From Candidatus Komeilibacteria bacterium RIFOXYD1_FULL_37_29 (GTDB lineage Bacteria; Patescibacteriota; Patescibacteriia; UBA1558; GWA2-36-10): DNA of 64,000 nucleotides. The position numbers and the translations under genes are program-made. Positions 43,856-54,159 of this stretch are shown here, in pieces; position 1 is the stretch's first letter; each line of letters opens with the position of its first letter. The notes beneath the pieces are model-generated. The model was not told the DNA's origin, did not search any database, and saw only the letters and a program-made list of their open reading frames with translations. Where the stretch lies: NCBI GenBank assembly GCA_001818495.1, contig MHKS01000004.1, positions 1,421 through 65,420 on the forward strand, in the 5' to 3' direction.

Positions 43856-46060
43856 ATGAGTATCAAACAATTTAACACACAAGTTGCCGGGCAAGAACTA
43901 AAGGTAGAAGTCGGTAAATTAGCCAAACAAGCTCATGGAGCTTGTACAGTTACCTATGGTGAGACTGTAGTTTTAGCTACGGTTGTCAGTTCAGGCCAAC
44001 CAAAAGAAGGAGTAGATTATTTTCCTTTGATGGTTGATTATGAAGAAAAAATGTATGCCGCCGGTAAGATTAAGGGATCTCGTTTTATCAAACGAGAAGG
44101 TCGGGCTACCGATGATGCGATACTTACCGGTCGTTTAATTGATCGTTCTATTAGGCCGTTGTTTAAAGAAAGTGAAAGAAACGATATACAAGTCGTAGTG
44201 ACGGTTTTGTCTTATGACGGCATAAATGATCCAGTTTTTCCGGCTATCATGGCTACTTCGGTGGCCTTGGGGATTTCTCCTATTCCTTGGGGCGGTCCTT
44301 TAGCTGGACTGCAGATTGGCCGAGTCGAAAAAGAGTGGGTCATCAATCCTAGCGTTGAAGCTAAGAGTAAAAGTGATATTGATTTATTTGTTTCTGGTTC
44401 CAAAGATGAAGTGATTATGATTGAAGCTGGCGCTAACGAAGCTTTGGAAGCTGATATTTTTGAAGCGATTAAGTTTGCTGGTAAACACATTGCTAAAATC
44501 ATAGATTTTGTAGAAGATATTATCAAAAATGTTGGTGCTAAAAAGCAGGAGTCTTTAAACAACCCAGAAAAAGAAGCGGTTATTTCTTTGGTCAAGGCCA
44601 AGGTAGATCAAGTTTTAGCTCAATATGATTTAAGCAATTGTTTTCATCCTGATAAATCTAAAATGAAAGCCTCGATTGATGAGGTGAATGAAAAAGTAAA
44701 CCTAGTTTTAAAAGAAGATAATGAGGTTTCCAAGGATATGCGGGCTATGGGCTTGGCTATGATTGATGAAGCTCTCGTCAAGGCTTTTAAAGATTTGGTT
44801 TTAAAGCAAGGACAGCGACCAGACAAAAGAAAATTTGATGAGATCCGCGTATTGGAAGCCGAAGTAGGCTTATTGCCACGTACTCACGGTAGTGGCTTGT
44901 TTGCTCGTGGTGAAACTCAAGTATTGTCAGTGGTTACTCTTGGCTCTCCGGGAGACGAACAGACTCTAGATACTATGGAAGAATCTGGTACTAAAAAATA
45001 TATGCATCATTACAACTTCCCTGGCTATTCTGTCGGAGAAGTAAAACCGCTACGTGGTCCTGGTCGTCGGGAAATTGGTCATGGTGCTTTGGCAGAAAAA
45101 GCTTTGGTGCCAGTTTTGCCTAAAGACGAAGATTTTCCTTATACTATTCGGGTAGTTTCGGAAGTATTGGGCTCTAATGGCTCATCATCTCAAGCTTCTA
45201 TTTGTGGGTCAACATTATCACTGATGGATGCTGGCGTACCGATTAAAAAACCAGTAGCTGGTATTGCTATGGGAGTAGTGGTAGATGATAACAACAAGAA
45301 TAATTATAAAATTTTGACCGATATTCAAGGTATTGAGGACCATGCTGGCCATATGGATTTTAAAATTGCTGGCACCAGAGACGGTATTACGGCTATTCAG
45401 TTAGATATAAAATTGGGTGGTATTAGTTATCAGGTGGTTGAAGAGACCTTAGCTAAAGCCAAGGTAGCTCGAGAGAAAATTTTAGATGTTATGGCGGCAG
45501 TGATTTCAGAGCCACGAGCCGAACTTTCTCCTTATGCTCCTCGTATTACTACTTTACACATTGATCCGGAAAAAATTCGAGAAGTGATTGGTACGGGTGG
45601 CAAAATAATCAATGAAATAATCGCCGCTTGTAATGTTAGTATTGATATTGAGCAAGACGGCTTAGTCATGATTACTTCTACTGATGGTGAAGGAGCCAAA
45701 AAAGCCCAGGCTTGGATTGAGGGGATTGTTAAGGAGATAGTGCCGGGAGAAATTTATGAAGGACAAGTTTTAAAAATCGTTACCGATAAAAATAAAGGCA
45801 CAGAAATAGGGGCCATTGTTCAATTGACCCCCAATAAAGATGGTATGGTGCACATATCACAAATTGCCTACGAGCGAGTTAACAAGGTTTCCGATAAAAT
45901 CAAGGTGGGTGATGTGGTTAAGGTCAAGGTAGTTGAGGTTGATAAGGAAAAAAACAGAGTTAGTCTTTCTATCAAAGACTTATTGCCTAAGCCAGAAGGA
46001 TTTACTCCACCAGCTGACAGAACATCAAAGTTTAAAAAACCAGGATTTTTCAAAAAATAA
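43856..46060 (+). CDS. pnp: polynucleotide phosphorylase
   Basis: Two RNase PH domains, KH and S1 domains; SD GAAAGGAG; synteny rpsO-pnp. Confidence 0.95.
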   Translation: MSIKQFNTQVAGQELKVEVGKLAKQAHGACTVTYGETVVLATVVSSGQPKEGVDYFPLMVDYEEKMYAAGKIKGSRFIKREGRATDDAILTGRLIDRSIRPLFKESERNDIQVVVTVLSYDGINDPVFPAIMATSVALGISPIPWGGPLAGLQIGRVEKEWVINPSVEAKSKSDIDLFVSGSKDEVIMIEAGANEALEADIFEAIKFAGKHIAKIIDFVEDIIKNVGAKKQESLNNPEKEAVISLVKAKVDQVLAQYDLSNCFHPDKSKMKASIDEVNEKVNLVLKEDNEVSKDMRAMGLAMIDEALVKAFKDLVLKQGQRPDKRKFDEIRVLEAEVGLLPRTHGSGLFARGETQVLSVVTLGSPGDEQTLDTMEESGTKKYMHHYNFPGYSVGEVKPLRGPGRREIGHGALAEKALVPVLPKDEDFPYTIRVVSEVLGSNGSSSQASICGSTLSLMDAGVPIKKPVAGIAMGVVVDDNNKNNYKILTDIQGIEDHAGHMDFKIAGTRDGITAIQLDIKLGGISYQVVEETLAKAKVAREKILDVMAAVISEPRAELSPYAPRITTLHIDPEKIREVIGTGGKIINEIIAACNVSIDIEQDGLVMITSTDGEGAKKAQAWIEGIVKEIVPGEIYEGQVLKIVTDKNKGTEIGAIVQLTPNKDGMVHISQIAYERVNKVSDKIKVGDVVKVKVVEVDKEKNRVSLSIKDLLPKPEGFTPPADRTSKFKKPGFFKK

Positions 46061-46110
46061 TTTTTGGCCATTTTAAAGGCGTTAATTTAACAGAGTATTA
46101 AAATTATTCT

Positions 46111-47421
46111 GTGGATTTTCTTAAACTAGTACAAAAAAAAGAGCAGATAGCTGACAATAAGATAATTATAGCCACGGTTATTTTGGTTGTTTTGATAATG
46201 TCGGCTATAGTATTTTGGCCAGGGGCCTCTCAACATAAATTACTCACTTATTTGCCGGAAGGAGCTTCTTTTTATTGGCACTGGACTAGTAAAAATTATT
46301 TTTCTCAGGATTTTTTAGCTCAGACCGAGGTAGATAGCCGGATGGATGAGCTAAAAAACATCTTGGGTAGTAATTTTTTGAATTTACAGGAAGTTTTGTG
46401 GTTTCAAGTAGATAATAATTCGGCCAATGATAATTATCTATTGAGGTTTTCCAGACTGCCACGGTCATATGTCAGAGATTTAGAGGATAGGAGATTGGAT
46501 TTTAGGGTTTATAGCCCAGCCAAAAATATTTTGCTGATAAACAAAGGAAAAAGTATAGATAATTTGATAGCCAACCCAGACAAAACTGATTATTTTGACG
46601 CTGGTATGAGTATTTATTGGCAGAAAAATCAGGCACCGGATTTTTTACAAGAATTGGCTGGTACTTTAGAACCTTTATTTTCCACTAATGACGTTTTGAT
46701 AAATTGGCAAAAGGTTTCGCTACAAAGAAACAAGCTTGTTTTATTGGAAGAACGAGCGGTCGGAGTCAAAGATTTCAAAAATTTTTTTACTCCGGCCGAT
46801 TTTGAGCTAGCTTTTGGTTTTGGTAGCCAAATGTCTGATGATTTGGCGGGAAAAATATCCAATGATTTACTAAAACCATTTTTTGATTCCTTGCCTTATT
46901 ATCATTTGAGTAAAACAGCCATTAAAGAACGTATTTTAAAGGATACTATTGTTTGGCAAAAAGGTGACGGCTGGCTTTTGGCTAGCCATCAGCCCTTCCG
47001 AGAGAATATTTTGGATTTTATCCATAATTTAAAAGTGGAAGAAGTAGCTAGGGTATTGTCTGATGGTACGGCTTATACTGAGCTGGTGGCCGCCAAGGAT
47101 CAAACTATCATTGAACAGCAGATTAATGGTCAAAAAATCTTGCAAATTGATCAAATATTTCTTTGGGATATCGGCGAGCAGCATTATTTGACTAATCGTA
47201 GAGAAATGATTGAAAATTTAAGCTCTGATAACCATTATTTAGTCAATATTTTGCAAGATTGTGTTAGTATGGACGCTCAAATAGGAGATTTTATTTATTT
47301 AGCCACAGCCAATTTGCCGACTGGGCAAATAAAAGACTATTTATTGGATAATCAGGTATCTAAACTAGAAATGTTTTCCTTTGCTACTGGTACTATTTCC
47401 GGTCTAAACATTTGTTTTTAG
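46111..47421 (+). CDS. hypothetical membrane-anchored protein (436 aa)
   Basis: N-terminal TM helix; no family recognised. Confidence 0.4.
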   Translation: MDFLKLVQKKEQIADNKIIIATVILVVLIMSAIVFWPGASQHKLLTYLPEGASFYWHWTSKNYFSQDFLAQTEVDSRMDELKNILGSNFLNLQEVLWFQVDNNSANDNYLLRFSRLPRSYVRDLEDRRLDFRVYSPAKNILLINKGKSIDNLIANPDKTDYFDAGMSIYWQKNQAPDFLQELAGTLEPLFSTNDVLINWQKVSLQRNKLVLLEERAVGVKDFKNFFTPADFELAFGFGSQMSDDLAGKISNDLLKPFFDSLPYYHLSKTAIKERILKDTIVWQKGDGWLLASHQPFRENILDFIHNLKVEEVARVLSDGTAYTELVAAKDQTIIEQQINGQKILQIDQIFLWDIGEQHYLTNRREMIENLSSDNHYLVNILQDCVSMDAQIGDFIYLATANLPTGQIKDYLLDNQVSKLEMFSFATGTISGLNICF

Positions 47422-47429
47422 GTCAATAT

Positions 47430-48140
47430 TTATAACAATAGTGCTTGCACCCTATACTGAGCGTAGCGAAGTTGTACCATGTGGATAACTTGTTGATATA
47501 TTTAAATTATATTTTTACTTTCTGTCAAATTATATTTTAATATGTTATTTTTTTAGCTAATATTAGTTAATATTCTACATTGACAGAAAAGTTATTATAT
47601 GATATACTTACTATGTTGATAAGTAGATCTTTAATATCATTTTGAGAAAAAGGATTGTATATTAGCCAATTTAGTGTATAACCCTTTTCATTTTACTGTT
47701 CTATTTAAAAAATGGGAAAATGCCTTGACCATTTCCAAAAATAAAACAAAAATAAAAACATAAAAAGGACTATCCTTTCTACACGAAAGAATTGAGTATT
47801 TCAGCCAGAGGCTGATCCGCCTTTGGCGGAAATTGATTAGAAGTATTCAGCTCTTTCGTGTAGAGGAGTTAGCTCCATAGCACGGTAAAATGAGTAGCTC
47901 TGAGTCAAGATGAGCATCAAAATTACGCTTTTGCGAAAAAGTATTTGTCAATTCGACTTACAAAAAAGTTAAGCAAATCATAATTTGCATAAGCGCTAAA
48001 AGCGCACACACCAGCCACAAAAACAACAGTTTAAGGGCACCGGAGGTGCGCTTTTTCATTTGGGTCAATAACCTTGATTTGTTAGGGTTTATTTGCTAAT
48101 ATGTAAGGGTATTTTTAGGCTTAGTTTTAATCAACAAACC
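47430..48140. other. 710-bp non-coding, highly structured region (candidate ncRNA/leader)
   Basis: No ORF >40 aa with RBS; 12-bp inverted repeat CTACACGAAAGA (47782/47856) enclosing direct repeats; 9-bp stem AAAGCGCAC...GTGCGCTTT + T-run at 48000-48060. Confidence 0.25.
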
Positions 48141-48141
48141 T

Positions 48142-48504
48142 ATGAAAATGGACAAAAAATTTATTGAAGAGAGAAAAAATGATTTAGAAGCTAGAAAGAC
48201 TCAGCTAAAAAAGGAGCTGTTTACTTCAGCTGATCAGGTGACAGAGAATGATTATGATGCTAAATTTATTGATTTAGGAGAAAAAGAGGATGAAAATGCA
48301 GCTGAGGTAGAAATGTTTGAAAAGAATTTATCAATGGAAAAAACCTTGGAAGTGTCTTTATATAATGTTAATCTAGCCTTAAAGAAGATTGAAGAAGGAA
48401 ATTATGGTCTTTGCGAAAAATGTGGTGGACCGATTAATCCTGACCGTCTAAAAGCTTTCCCGTCAGCGACAGCTTGTATGAAATGTAAAGAAAAATCATT
48501 ATAA
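48142..48504 (+). CDS. DksA/TraR-family C4 zinc-finger protein
   Basis: Coiled-coil N-region, C-terminal CEKCGGPI...(17)...CMKC C4 finger. Confidence 0.65.
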   Translation: MKMDKKFIEERKNDLEARKTQLKKELFTSADQVTENDYDAKFIDLGEKEDENAAEVEMFEKNLSMEKTLEVSLYNVNLALKKIEEGNYGLCEKCGGPINPDRLKAFPSATACMKCKEKSL

Positions 48505-48945
48505 ATGATTAAACATTTTTTTATAGTATTATTACTTTTTGTTGTTGATAGATTTACTAAAATTTATATTCTAGAAAATCCATCACCAGAAGTTTGGGGT
48601 GGTTTTTTTGATTTACATATCAATCAAGAAATAGCTTTTTCTTTGCCGTTGACCTATTTGGTTCTTTACCCGATTATTATAGCTATTTTGGTGGTGTTAT
48701 TTATATCTTGGAAAAAAGATTTTGCTAAGAAAAGTATCTTGATCTGGCCCTGGGCCTTAATTATTATTGGGGCGATTAGTAATTTATTGGATCGTGTCAG
48801 CTATGGCGGGGTGATAGATTTTATTAGGGTACCTTATTTTACGGTTTTTAATTTAGCCGATGTTTATATATCAGCGGGAGTGGTTTGGATATTATGGTAT
48901 TATTGGTTTTATGGAAAAAATAAACAGGAAAATAAAGTAGCTTAA
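48505..48945 (+). CDS. lspA: lipoprotein signal peptidase (signal peptidase II)
   Basis: SNLLDRV and FNLADVYIS catalytic-Asp motifs, 4 TM. Confidence 0.85.
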   Translation: MIKHFFIVLLLFVVDRFTKIYILENPSPEVWGGFFDLHINQEIAFSLPLTYLVLYPIIIAILVVLFISWKKDFAKKSILIWPWALIIIGAISNLLDRVSYGGVIDFIRVPYFTVFNLADVYISAGVVWILWYYWFYGKNKQENKVA

Positions 48946-49148
48946 TTTTTTAAGTAAGATATTTAAGAAGATGTGACTTGACATATCTTCTTTTATTTTC
49001 TAAGATACCAATAACCAAGAAAAGCGATTTGAGAGTAGCCGGCTTTTGTCAGCTAGGCACGGGTTAGTTTTTGTTTTGATTTTCAGCGGGGGCTAAAGTC
49101 AAGGCAGATCATTTAAGTCGCTTTTCTTGGGTAGAAAAGTGATTTTGT

Positions 49149-50663
49149 ATGAAAAGAGTATACAGTATAGCGCCTTATGGACTCAAAGGCATATTAGTAG
49201 AAATTGAAGCCAATTTGAGTCGGCATTTACCTAAAATTATTATAGTCGGATTACCCGATGCGGCCGTTTGCGAAGCCAAAGAAAGAGTTTGGGCAGCTAT
49301 TGAAAATAGCGGCTTTAATTTTCCGCGCCAGAAAGTAGTTATTAATTTAGCGCCGGCTCAAATTAAAAAAGAGGGAGGTTCTTACGATTTGCCGATGGCT
49401 ATGGCTATATTATTGGCTAGTGGAGTTATAAAAAATATTGAGCAAAACAGCGCCTTTATTGGTGAGTTGTCTTTAAATGGTGATTTAAAATCTGTGCCAG
49501 GTATTTTGGTCATGGTCGCTAGCTTAAAAAAGATGGGATTTAAGCAAGTATTTTTGCCTAGAGTAAATAGCAGAGAAGCTTCGGTGGTGGAGGGGATTGA
49601 TATTTTCCCAGTACAAAATCTTTTAGAGCTAGTCAATCATTTAAATGGTGATAAAAAATTATTGGTCAGTGAAAACATAGCTTTTTGTCCAGAAAAATCT
49701 TTAGGGGAAGTTGATATGGCTGATATCAAAGGGCAAGCTCAGGCTAAAAGAGTTTTAGAAATTGCCGCCTCTGGCGGACACAATGTTCTTATGGTCGGCC
49801 CACCTGGTGTTGGCAAAACACTACTAGCCAAAGCTTTCTTATCTATCTTGCCGGATATTAGTTCGTCGGAAGCTTTGGACACCAGTAAGATATACAGTTT
49901 GGCTGGCCTTTTGTCCGATGATCGGCCAATGATAAATAGTCGGATAATGAGAAAACCACATCATTCGGCTTCGGTAGCGGCTATTATTGGTGGTGGCGCT
50001 TGGCCTAGACCAGGAGAAATATCTTTGGCCCACAATAATGTTTTATTTTTAGATGAGATTTTGGAATTCCCCAGACAGATACTAGAATCTTTAAGACAGC
50101 CACTTGAGGATAAGATAATTACTGTTTCTAGAGCTAAAAGCAGTTTAGATTTTCCAGCCAATTTTATATTACTAGCTACTGCCAATCCCTGTCCTTGTGG
50201 TTTTTTAACTGATAGACACAAAACTTGTCGTTGTAAAGATAGTGATATAAAAAAATATCAAAAAAAGTTATCCGGTCCGCTTTTAGATCGGATAGATTTG
50301 CAGCTATTGTTGGACAGAGTAGAGCAGGATGATTTGATCGCCGGCCCGTCTTATGGTGAGTCTTCCACTTTGATAGCGGGTAGAGTAAAAAGAGCCAGAG
50401 CCATTCAACAGCAGAGATTTTCTCAGAGTAACAATCAGTTAAATAGTGATCTAAATAATAAATTGGTTTATAAATTTTGCGATATTTCTGAGTCTAGTCG
50501 GCAGATATTAGCTCAGGCTATTAGAACTTTGGATCTGTCGGCACGGGCTTATTTTAAGATTTTAAAGGTAGCTAGGACCATCGCGGATTTAGAAGCCAGC
50601 TCCAAAATAGAGGATAGTCATATTTTAGAAGCTTTACAGTATCGAGCTAAAATTTTTAATTAA
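49149..50663 (+). CDS. YifB/ComM-family Mg-chelatase-like AAA+ ATPase
   Basis: N-terminal Lon-like domain, Walker A GPPGVGKT, sensor motifs, C-terminal ChlI-type helical domain. Confidence 0.9.
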   Translation: MKRVYSIAPYGLKGILVEIEANLSRHLPKIIIVGLPDAAVCEAKERVWAAIENSGFNFPRQKVVINLAPAQIKKEGGSYDLPMAMAILLASGVIKNIEQNSAFIGELSLNGDLKSVPGILVMVASLKKMGFKQVFLPRVNSREASVVEGIDIFPVQNLLELVNHLNGDKKLLVSENIAFCPEKSLGEVDMADIKGQAQAKRVLEIAASGGHNVLMVGPPGVGKTLLAKAFLSILPDISSSEALDTSKIYSLAGLLSDDRPMINSRIMRKPHHSASVAAIIGGGAWPRPGEISLAHNNVLFLDEILEFPRQILESLRQPLEDKIITVSRAKSSLDFPANFILLATANPCPCGFLTDRHKTCRCKDSDIKKYQKKLSGPLLDRIDLQLLLDRVEQDDLIAGPSYGESSTLIAGRVKRARAIQQQRFSQSNNQLNSDLNNKLVYKFCDISESSRQILAQAIRTLDLSARAYFKILKVARTIADLEASSKIEDSHILEALQYRAKIFN

Positions 50664-51112
50664 TTTGATTTTTTATATTTTTTATGTTATAAGGAAAGTG
50701 TCGGTAGTTCTTTAATAAAATAATTCTCTTCAGGACTTCAGACGGGAGTTATTCCTTTCTGGTGTCCTGAAGAGAATTTCTTGGACACTGTTAGTGTTTG
50801 GGGATACTTGTCGAAGGTTTCCTATAGAGTATTCTCTACCCAGGCCTGGCAGTCTAATCAACAAGCATATGTTTCGTGCACTTTACGGATTTTTTAATCT
50901 GATATTTATGTTGATACTGTTCAAGATATTTGCCCCCGAGGTTTTTGATTTAGCAATTCAATTGCTAATTACTATTCTAAGCTTCCTCAATGAAGCCGCT
51001 GGTTCTTTGTCCACCGAGGGCATGCCAAACACTTTTCCAGAGGGTTTATAACCTCTGGTTTAGCTAGAAGTATGAGGTCCGATTCACATCGGCCTCTTCT
51101 TTTTATAAATAG

Positions 51113-51142
51113 AAATCGTCGCAAAAGATTTTGCGACGATTT
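51113..51142. terminator. bidirectional terminator AAATCGTCGCAAAA-g-ATTTTGCGACGATTT
   Basis: 14-bp perfect inverted repeat flanked by AT runs. Confidence 0.6.
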
Positions 51143-51172
51143 ATTAGCTGGTTGAGCAGCTTGACGGGGGCA

Positions 51173-51466
51173 TCAGCTATACTTGTGCTCTTTTTTGTAG
51201 ATGTTTCGGTTGGACCGAAGCATTGACCAAAAGAGTAAAGCACACAATGAGTTGCTGGCGATATTGATGCTGGCCGTCAGGTTGTTTGGAGAGGCAATAT
51301 GCCAGATAAAGGAGATGAGTGCCACCAGGAAACAGACAATAGCCAAATAGGCTTGACCGTCTTCCAAGCGGTTGGTGGTCCAGGTCTTTTTCCTTTTGTC
51401 GACCTGGACCATCCAGCTGACTATATTGAAAATAAAAGCCAGCGACATGAAGAGCCATAGCCACAT
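51173..51466 (-). CDS. small membrane protein (3 TM), hypothetical
   Basis: SD GGGAGG 8 nt upstream of ATG; hydrophobic; alternative overlapping frame 51177..51464 rejected. Confidence 0.4.
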   Translation of the reverse strand: MWLWLFMSLAFIFNIVSWMVQVDKRKKTWTTNRLEDGQAYLAIVCFLVALISFIWHIASPNNLTASINIASNSLCALLFWSMLRSNRNIYKKEHKYS

Positions 51467-51589
51467 AGTCGATTCCTCCCTATGAGTGGGTGGTTTAGAG
51501 TACAGGATAATTAATTGTATATTATATTATAAATATAGTTATTTGTCAATAATATAGGTGAATAGCTAAAATTATGTTACTATACTTTT

Positions 51590-52399
51590 ATGAAAAAATA
51601 TATTTTAGCTATTATAATAATCATTGGTCTGGGTTTGTGGTGGGCTTATCAAAGTAGCCGTCCGGAAATAATAAAAATAGAATTACCAGTCGCTCAGGAT
51701 TTTGATAATTTTGCTAATGAAAATTTTAATCCAGAGTTAGTAGTCAATGATGTGCCCGAAGAGCTAGAGGTAACTGAAATACCAGAAACAGCCGATGAAA
51801 TTATGGAGCCAGAACCAATAGTCAAACAAATAAACGATGTTAATTTGGCTGTACCTTTTACATCTCAGGCGCCCACGGCCAATTGGGAGCAACCTTTTCA
51901 GGACGCTTGTGAAGAGGCTAGTATACTAATGACGGTTTATTATTATCAAAATAAAAAAATGCCGTCAGCCCTAGAGGTAGAGAGTATTTTAAATAGTATG
52001 GTAGATTGGCAGGCTGAATTTATGAATGGCACTCATGATATTACTATTGAAGAAACTGGTCAATTGGCGCAGGGATTTTTTGATTACCAGGCCAAAGTAA
52101 TACCCAATCTTACAGCCGAAAAAATCCGGGAGTTTTTAAGAATGGGGCAGCCAATGATTGTGCCGGCTAACGGTCATATTTTGGACAATCCTTATTTTAG
52201 TGGTGATGGTCCAGATTATCATATGTTGGTGGTCAAAGGATTTGTGGGTGACAAATTTATTACCAATGATCCTGGTACCAAAAGGGGGGCGGACTTTATC
52301 TATACAGAAGAAAATTTGTTGGCCGCCATAGCTGATTGGGATAAAGAAAAGGCCCTGACAGTCGGGCCTAAGGTTGGTTTGATTTTGTATAAAGACTAA
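51590..52399 (+). CDS. membrane-anchored C39-like cysteine peptidase family protein (Peptidase_C39_2-like)
   Basis: N-terminal TM; QDACEEASILM (Gln/Cys catalytic pair context) and YHMLVVKGF (His) spaced as in C39-like peptidases. Confidence 0.45.
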   Translation: MKKYILAIIIIIGLGLWWAYQSSRPEIIKIELPVAQDFDNFANENFNPELVVNDVPEELEVTEIPETADEIMEPEPIVKQINDVNLAVPFTSQAPTANWEQPFQDACEEASILMTVYYYQNKKMPSALEVESILNSMVDWQAEFMNGTHDITIEETGQLAQGFFDYQAKVIPNLTAEKIREFLRMGQPMIVPANGHILDNPYFSGDGPDYHMLVVKGFVGDKFITNDPGTKRGADFIYTEENLLAAIADWDKEKALTVGPKVGLILYKD

Positions 52400-53061
52400 G
52401 CTAGTTTCGTATGGTTTATGTTTAGATTAAAATCATATTTTAAATACTCGGCAGCTTTTTGGCAGTAGTTCATGCGCTCTACAAAGATAGAGAAATAGTC
52501 CATAATATTGGTGACCTTGGTATCAAGGGTTAAAGACAAAGTAATGGTCTTTTTTTTGTTGTTTATATTTAGATGATTAGCCGTGACAGCATAATTTACT
52601 CGATCATGGATATCTTCTTTTATTTTTTTGTTATTTTTAATAACCACGCGGTTTCTATGCACATCAGATTTATCGGCGATAATTAAACAGGCTGTTATTT
52701 TATCTACTATTTTTAAATCATCTTTATCGTGAGAAACTATGGCTTGGATGATTCTAGATATTTGGACTGGGTCGGCTTGGTTGATGTAGCATTGAGAAAA
52801 AAGCATACCTGCCCAATAATGATGCTGAGTGCGTCCCAAAAAATTGCCCATATCATGACACCAGCCCGAGATTGCAGCAATTTCTTGGTCTTTGGCGCTT
52901 AGGCCTACGGCTTTGGCCAGTATTTTAGAGCGGTCACCGACAATATCCAAATGACGACGACCGTGATCAGTGTAACCCAAAGAATGCATATATTTATCCG
53001 TTTGATCTATAAAAGAATTGATCCGCGGATCTTTTTTTATATCTTTTAATTTTAATTCCAT
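52396..53061 (-). CDS. HD-domain phosphohydrolase
   Basis: RRHLDIV...CHDMGNF (H...HD metal motif) and later SHDKDD. Confidence 0.5.
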   Translation of the reverse strand: MELKLKDIKKDPRINSFIDQTDKYMHSLGYTDHGRRHLDIVGDRSKILAKAVGLSAKDQEIAAISGWCHDMGNFLGRTQHHYWAGMLFSQCYINQADPVQISRIIQAIVSHDKDDLKIVDKITACLIIADKSDVHRNRVVIKNNKKIKEDIHDRVNYAVTANHLNINNKKKTITLSLTLDTKVTNIMDYFSIFVERMNYCQKAAEYLKYDFNLNINHTKLA

Positions 53062-53067
53062 CAGGAC

Positions 53068-53346
53068 TTATTTTTTTAGGGCGTCTTTTAAAGTTTTTCC
53101 AGCTTTAAATTTTGGTACCACTACCTTGGGTATCTCTATACGTTCTTGGGGGTTACGAGGATTGACACCCATCCTGGCGTGTCTTTCTCTGGCAGAGAAA
53201 GTTCCAAAACCAGTTAGTGTCAACTCTTTGCCACCCTTTAGCCTTTCGATAACTAAATCTTCGAAAGCCTGGAGGACGTCCTCAGTCTCTTTTTTACTGA
53301 TGCCGGCTTTGATAGCCACTGTTTCTATGAGCTGAGCTTTATTCAT
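53068..53346 (-). CDS. hup: DNA-binding protein HU
   Basis: MNKAQLIE...GFGTFSARERHARMGVNPRNPQERIEIP matches HU/IHF fold signature. Confidence 0.9.
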   Translation of the reverse strand: MNKAQLIETVAIKAGISKKETEDVLQAFEDLVIERLKGGKELTLTGFGTFSARERHARMGVNPRNPQERIEIPKVVVPKFKAGKTLKDALKK

Positions 53347-53355
53347 AGAGTTATG

Positions 53356-54159
53356 TTAATTGATTATTTCTCTTAATAATTTTATCTTCTTAGTTTGATG
53401 AGTCTTATTATCTATTTCTAATAATACTGCATTTACTTCGATTTGACCAGATGTTGGTAAATCATGTCTAATTTTGGTTTCAGTTAAAAATTTTTCAATA
53501 ATTATATCAGCTTTTACACCTAAGACCGAAGGGTGGGCTCCAACCATACCAATATCGGTGATATAGCCAGTACCCTGGTCTAAAATTTGAGCATCAGCTG
53601 TCGGAACATGAGTATGAGTACCCAGGACAGCAGATACCCGACCGTCTAAATAAAGACCCATGGCTCTTTTATCGCTAGTAGCTTCAGCGTGCAGATCGAT
53701 GATAATATTGCTGTCTTTGGGTATTTTTGTTAGTAAGTAATTTATTTCAGTAAAAGGATTGGCCAGAGTTGTTTCGTTGTCCATAAAAGTGCGGCCATTT
53801 AAATTTATGACAACTAGCTTGGTGCCATTTACTTCACTAATTTGGAAAAGATATTTTTGGGGACAACGACTATCATTGGCTGGAGCAGCTATCTGATAAT
53901 TTGTTTCTTCGGCTAGTTTGTCTAATTCGTATTTTTTCCAAATGTGATTGCCACCAGTAAATATTTTAACACCAGCCCCCGATACTTCTTGTAGTGTCTT
54001 CGGTGTGACGCCTTTATTGTGGGCCAGATTTTCTACATTAGCAATAATAATATCGGGCCGATATTTTTTCTGCCAAAGGGGGGATATATCTTTGACGCCT
54101 TTTCTACCCAACGATCCGGATATATCGCCAAAAAATAATACTTTAGTACTACCTAGCAT
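53356..54159 (-). CDS. ymdB: YmdB-family metallophosphoesterase (2',3'-cyclic nucleotide phosphodiesterase, TIGR00282)
   Basis: VLFFGDISGSLGRKGV N-terminus, GNHIW, calcineurin-like metal motifs; downstream of rny as in Firmicutes. Confidence 0.8.
   Translation of the reverse strand: MLGSTKVLFFGDISGSLGRKGVKDISPLWQKKYRPDIIIANVENLAHNKGVTPKTLQEVSGAGVKIFTGGNHIWKKYELDKLAEETNYQIAAPANDSRCPQKYLFQISEVNGTKLVVINLNGRTFMDNETTLANPFTEINYLLTKIPKDSNIIIDLHAEATSDKRAMGLYLDGRVSAVLGTHTHVPTADAQILDQGTGYITDIGMVGAHPSVLGVKADIIIEKFLTETKIRHDLPTSGQIEVNAVLLEIDNKTHQTKKIKLLREIIN

Noticed and set aside
47430-48140. Assigning the large non-coding regions to a specific RNA family (RNase P, SRP, tmRNA, 6S)
   Set aside because: I could not find the canonical P4 AGGAAAGUCC, SRP domain IV GGAAGCAGCC or tmRNA tRNA-like termini by eye. 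I therefore report the regions only as structured non-coding candidates, not as named ncRNA genes.
50794-51051. 85-aa ORF in the non-coding region after yifB
   Set aside because: No RBS, low-complexity composition and no family motif. It lies in a region dominated by long inverted repeats, so a structured or regulatory role for the region is more plausible.
51177-51464. Alternative 95-aa frame overlapping 51173..51466 on the minus strand
   Set aside because: The competing frame has a strong SD (GGGAGG) and encodes a coherent 3-TM protein. The alternative is hydrophilic, Gln/Arg-rich and lacks a start context.
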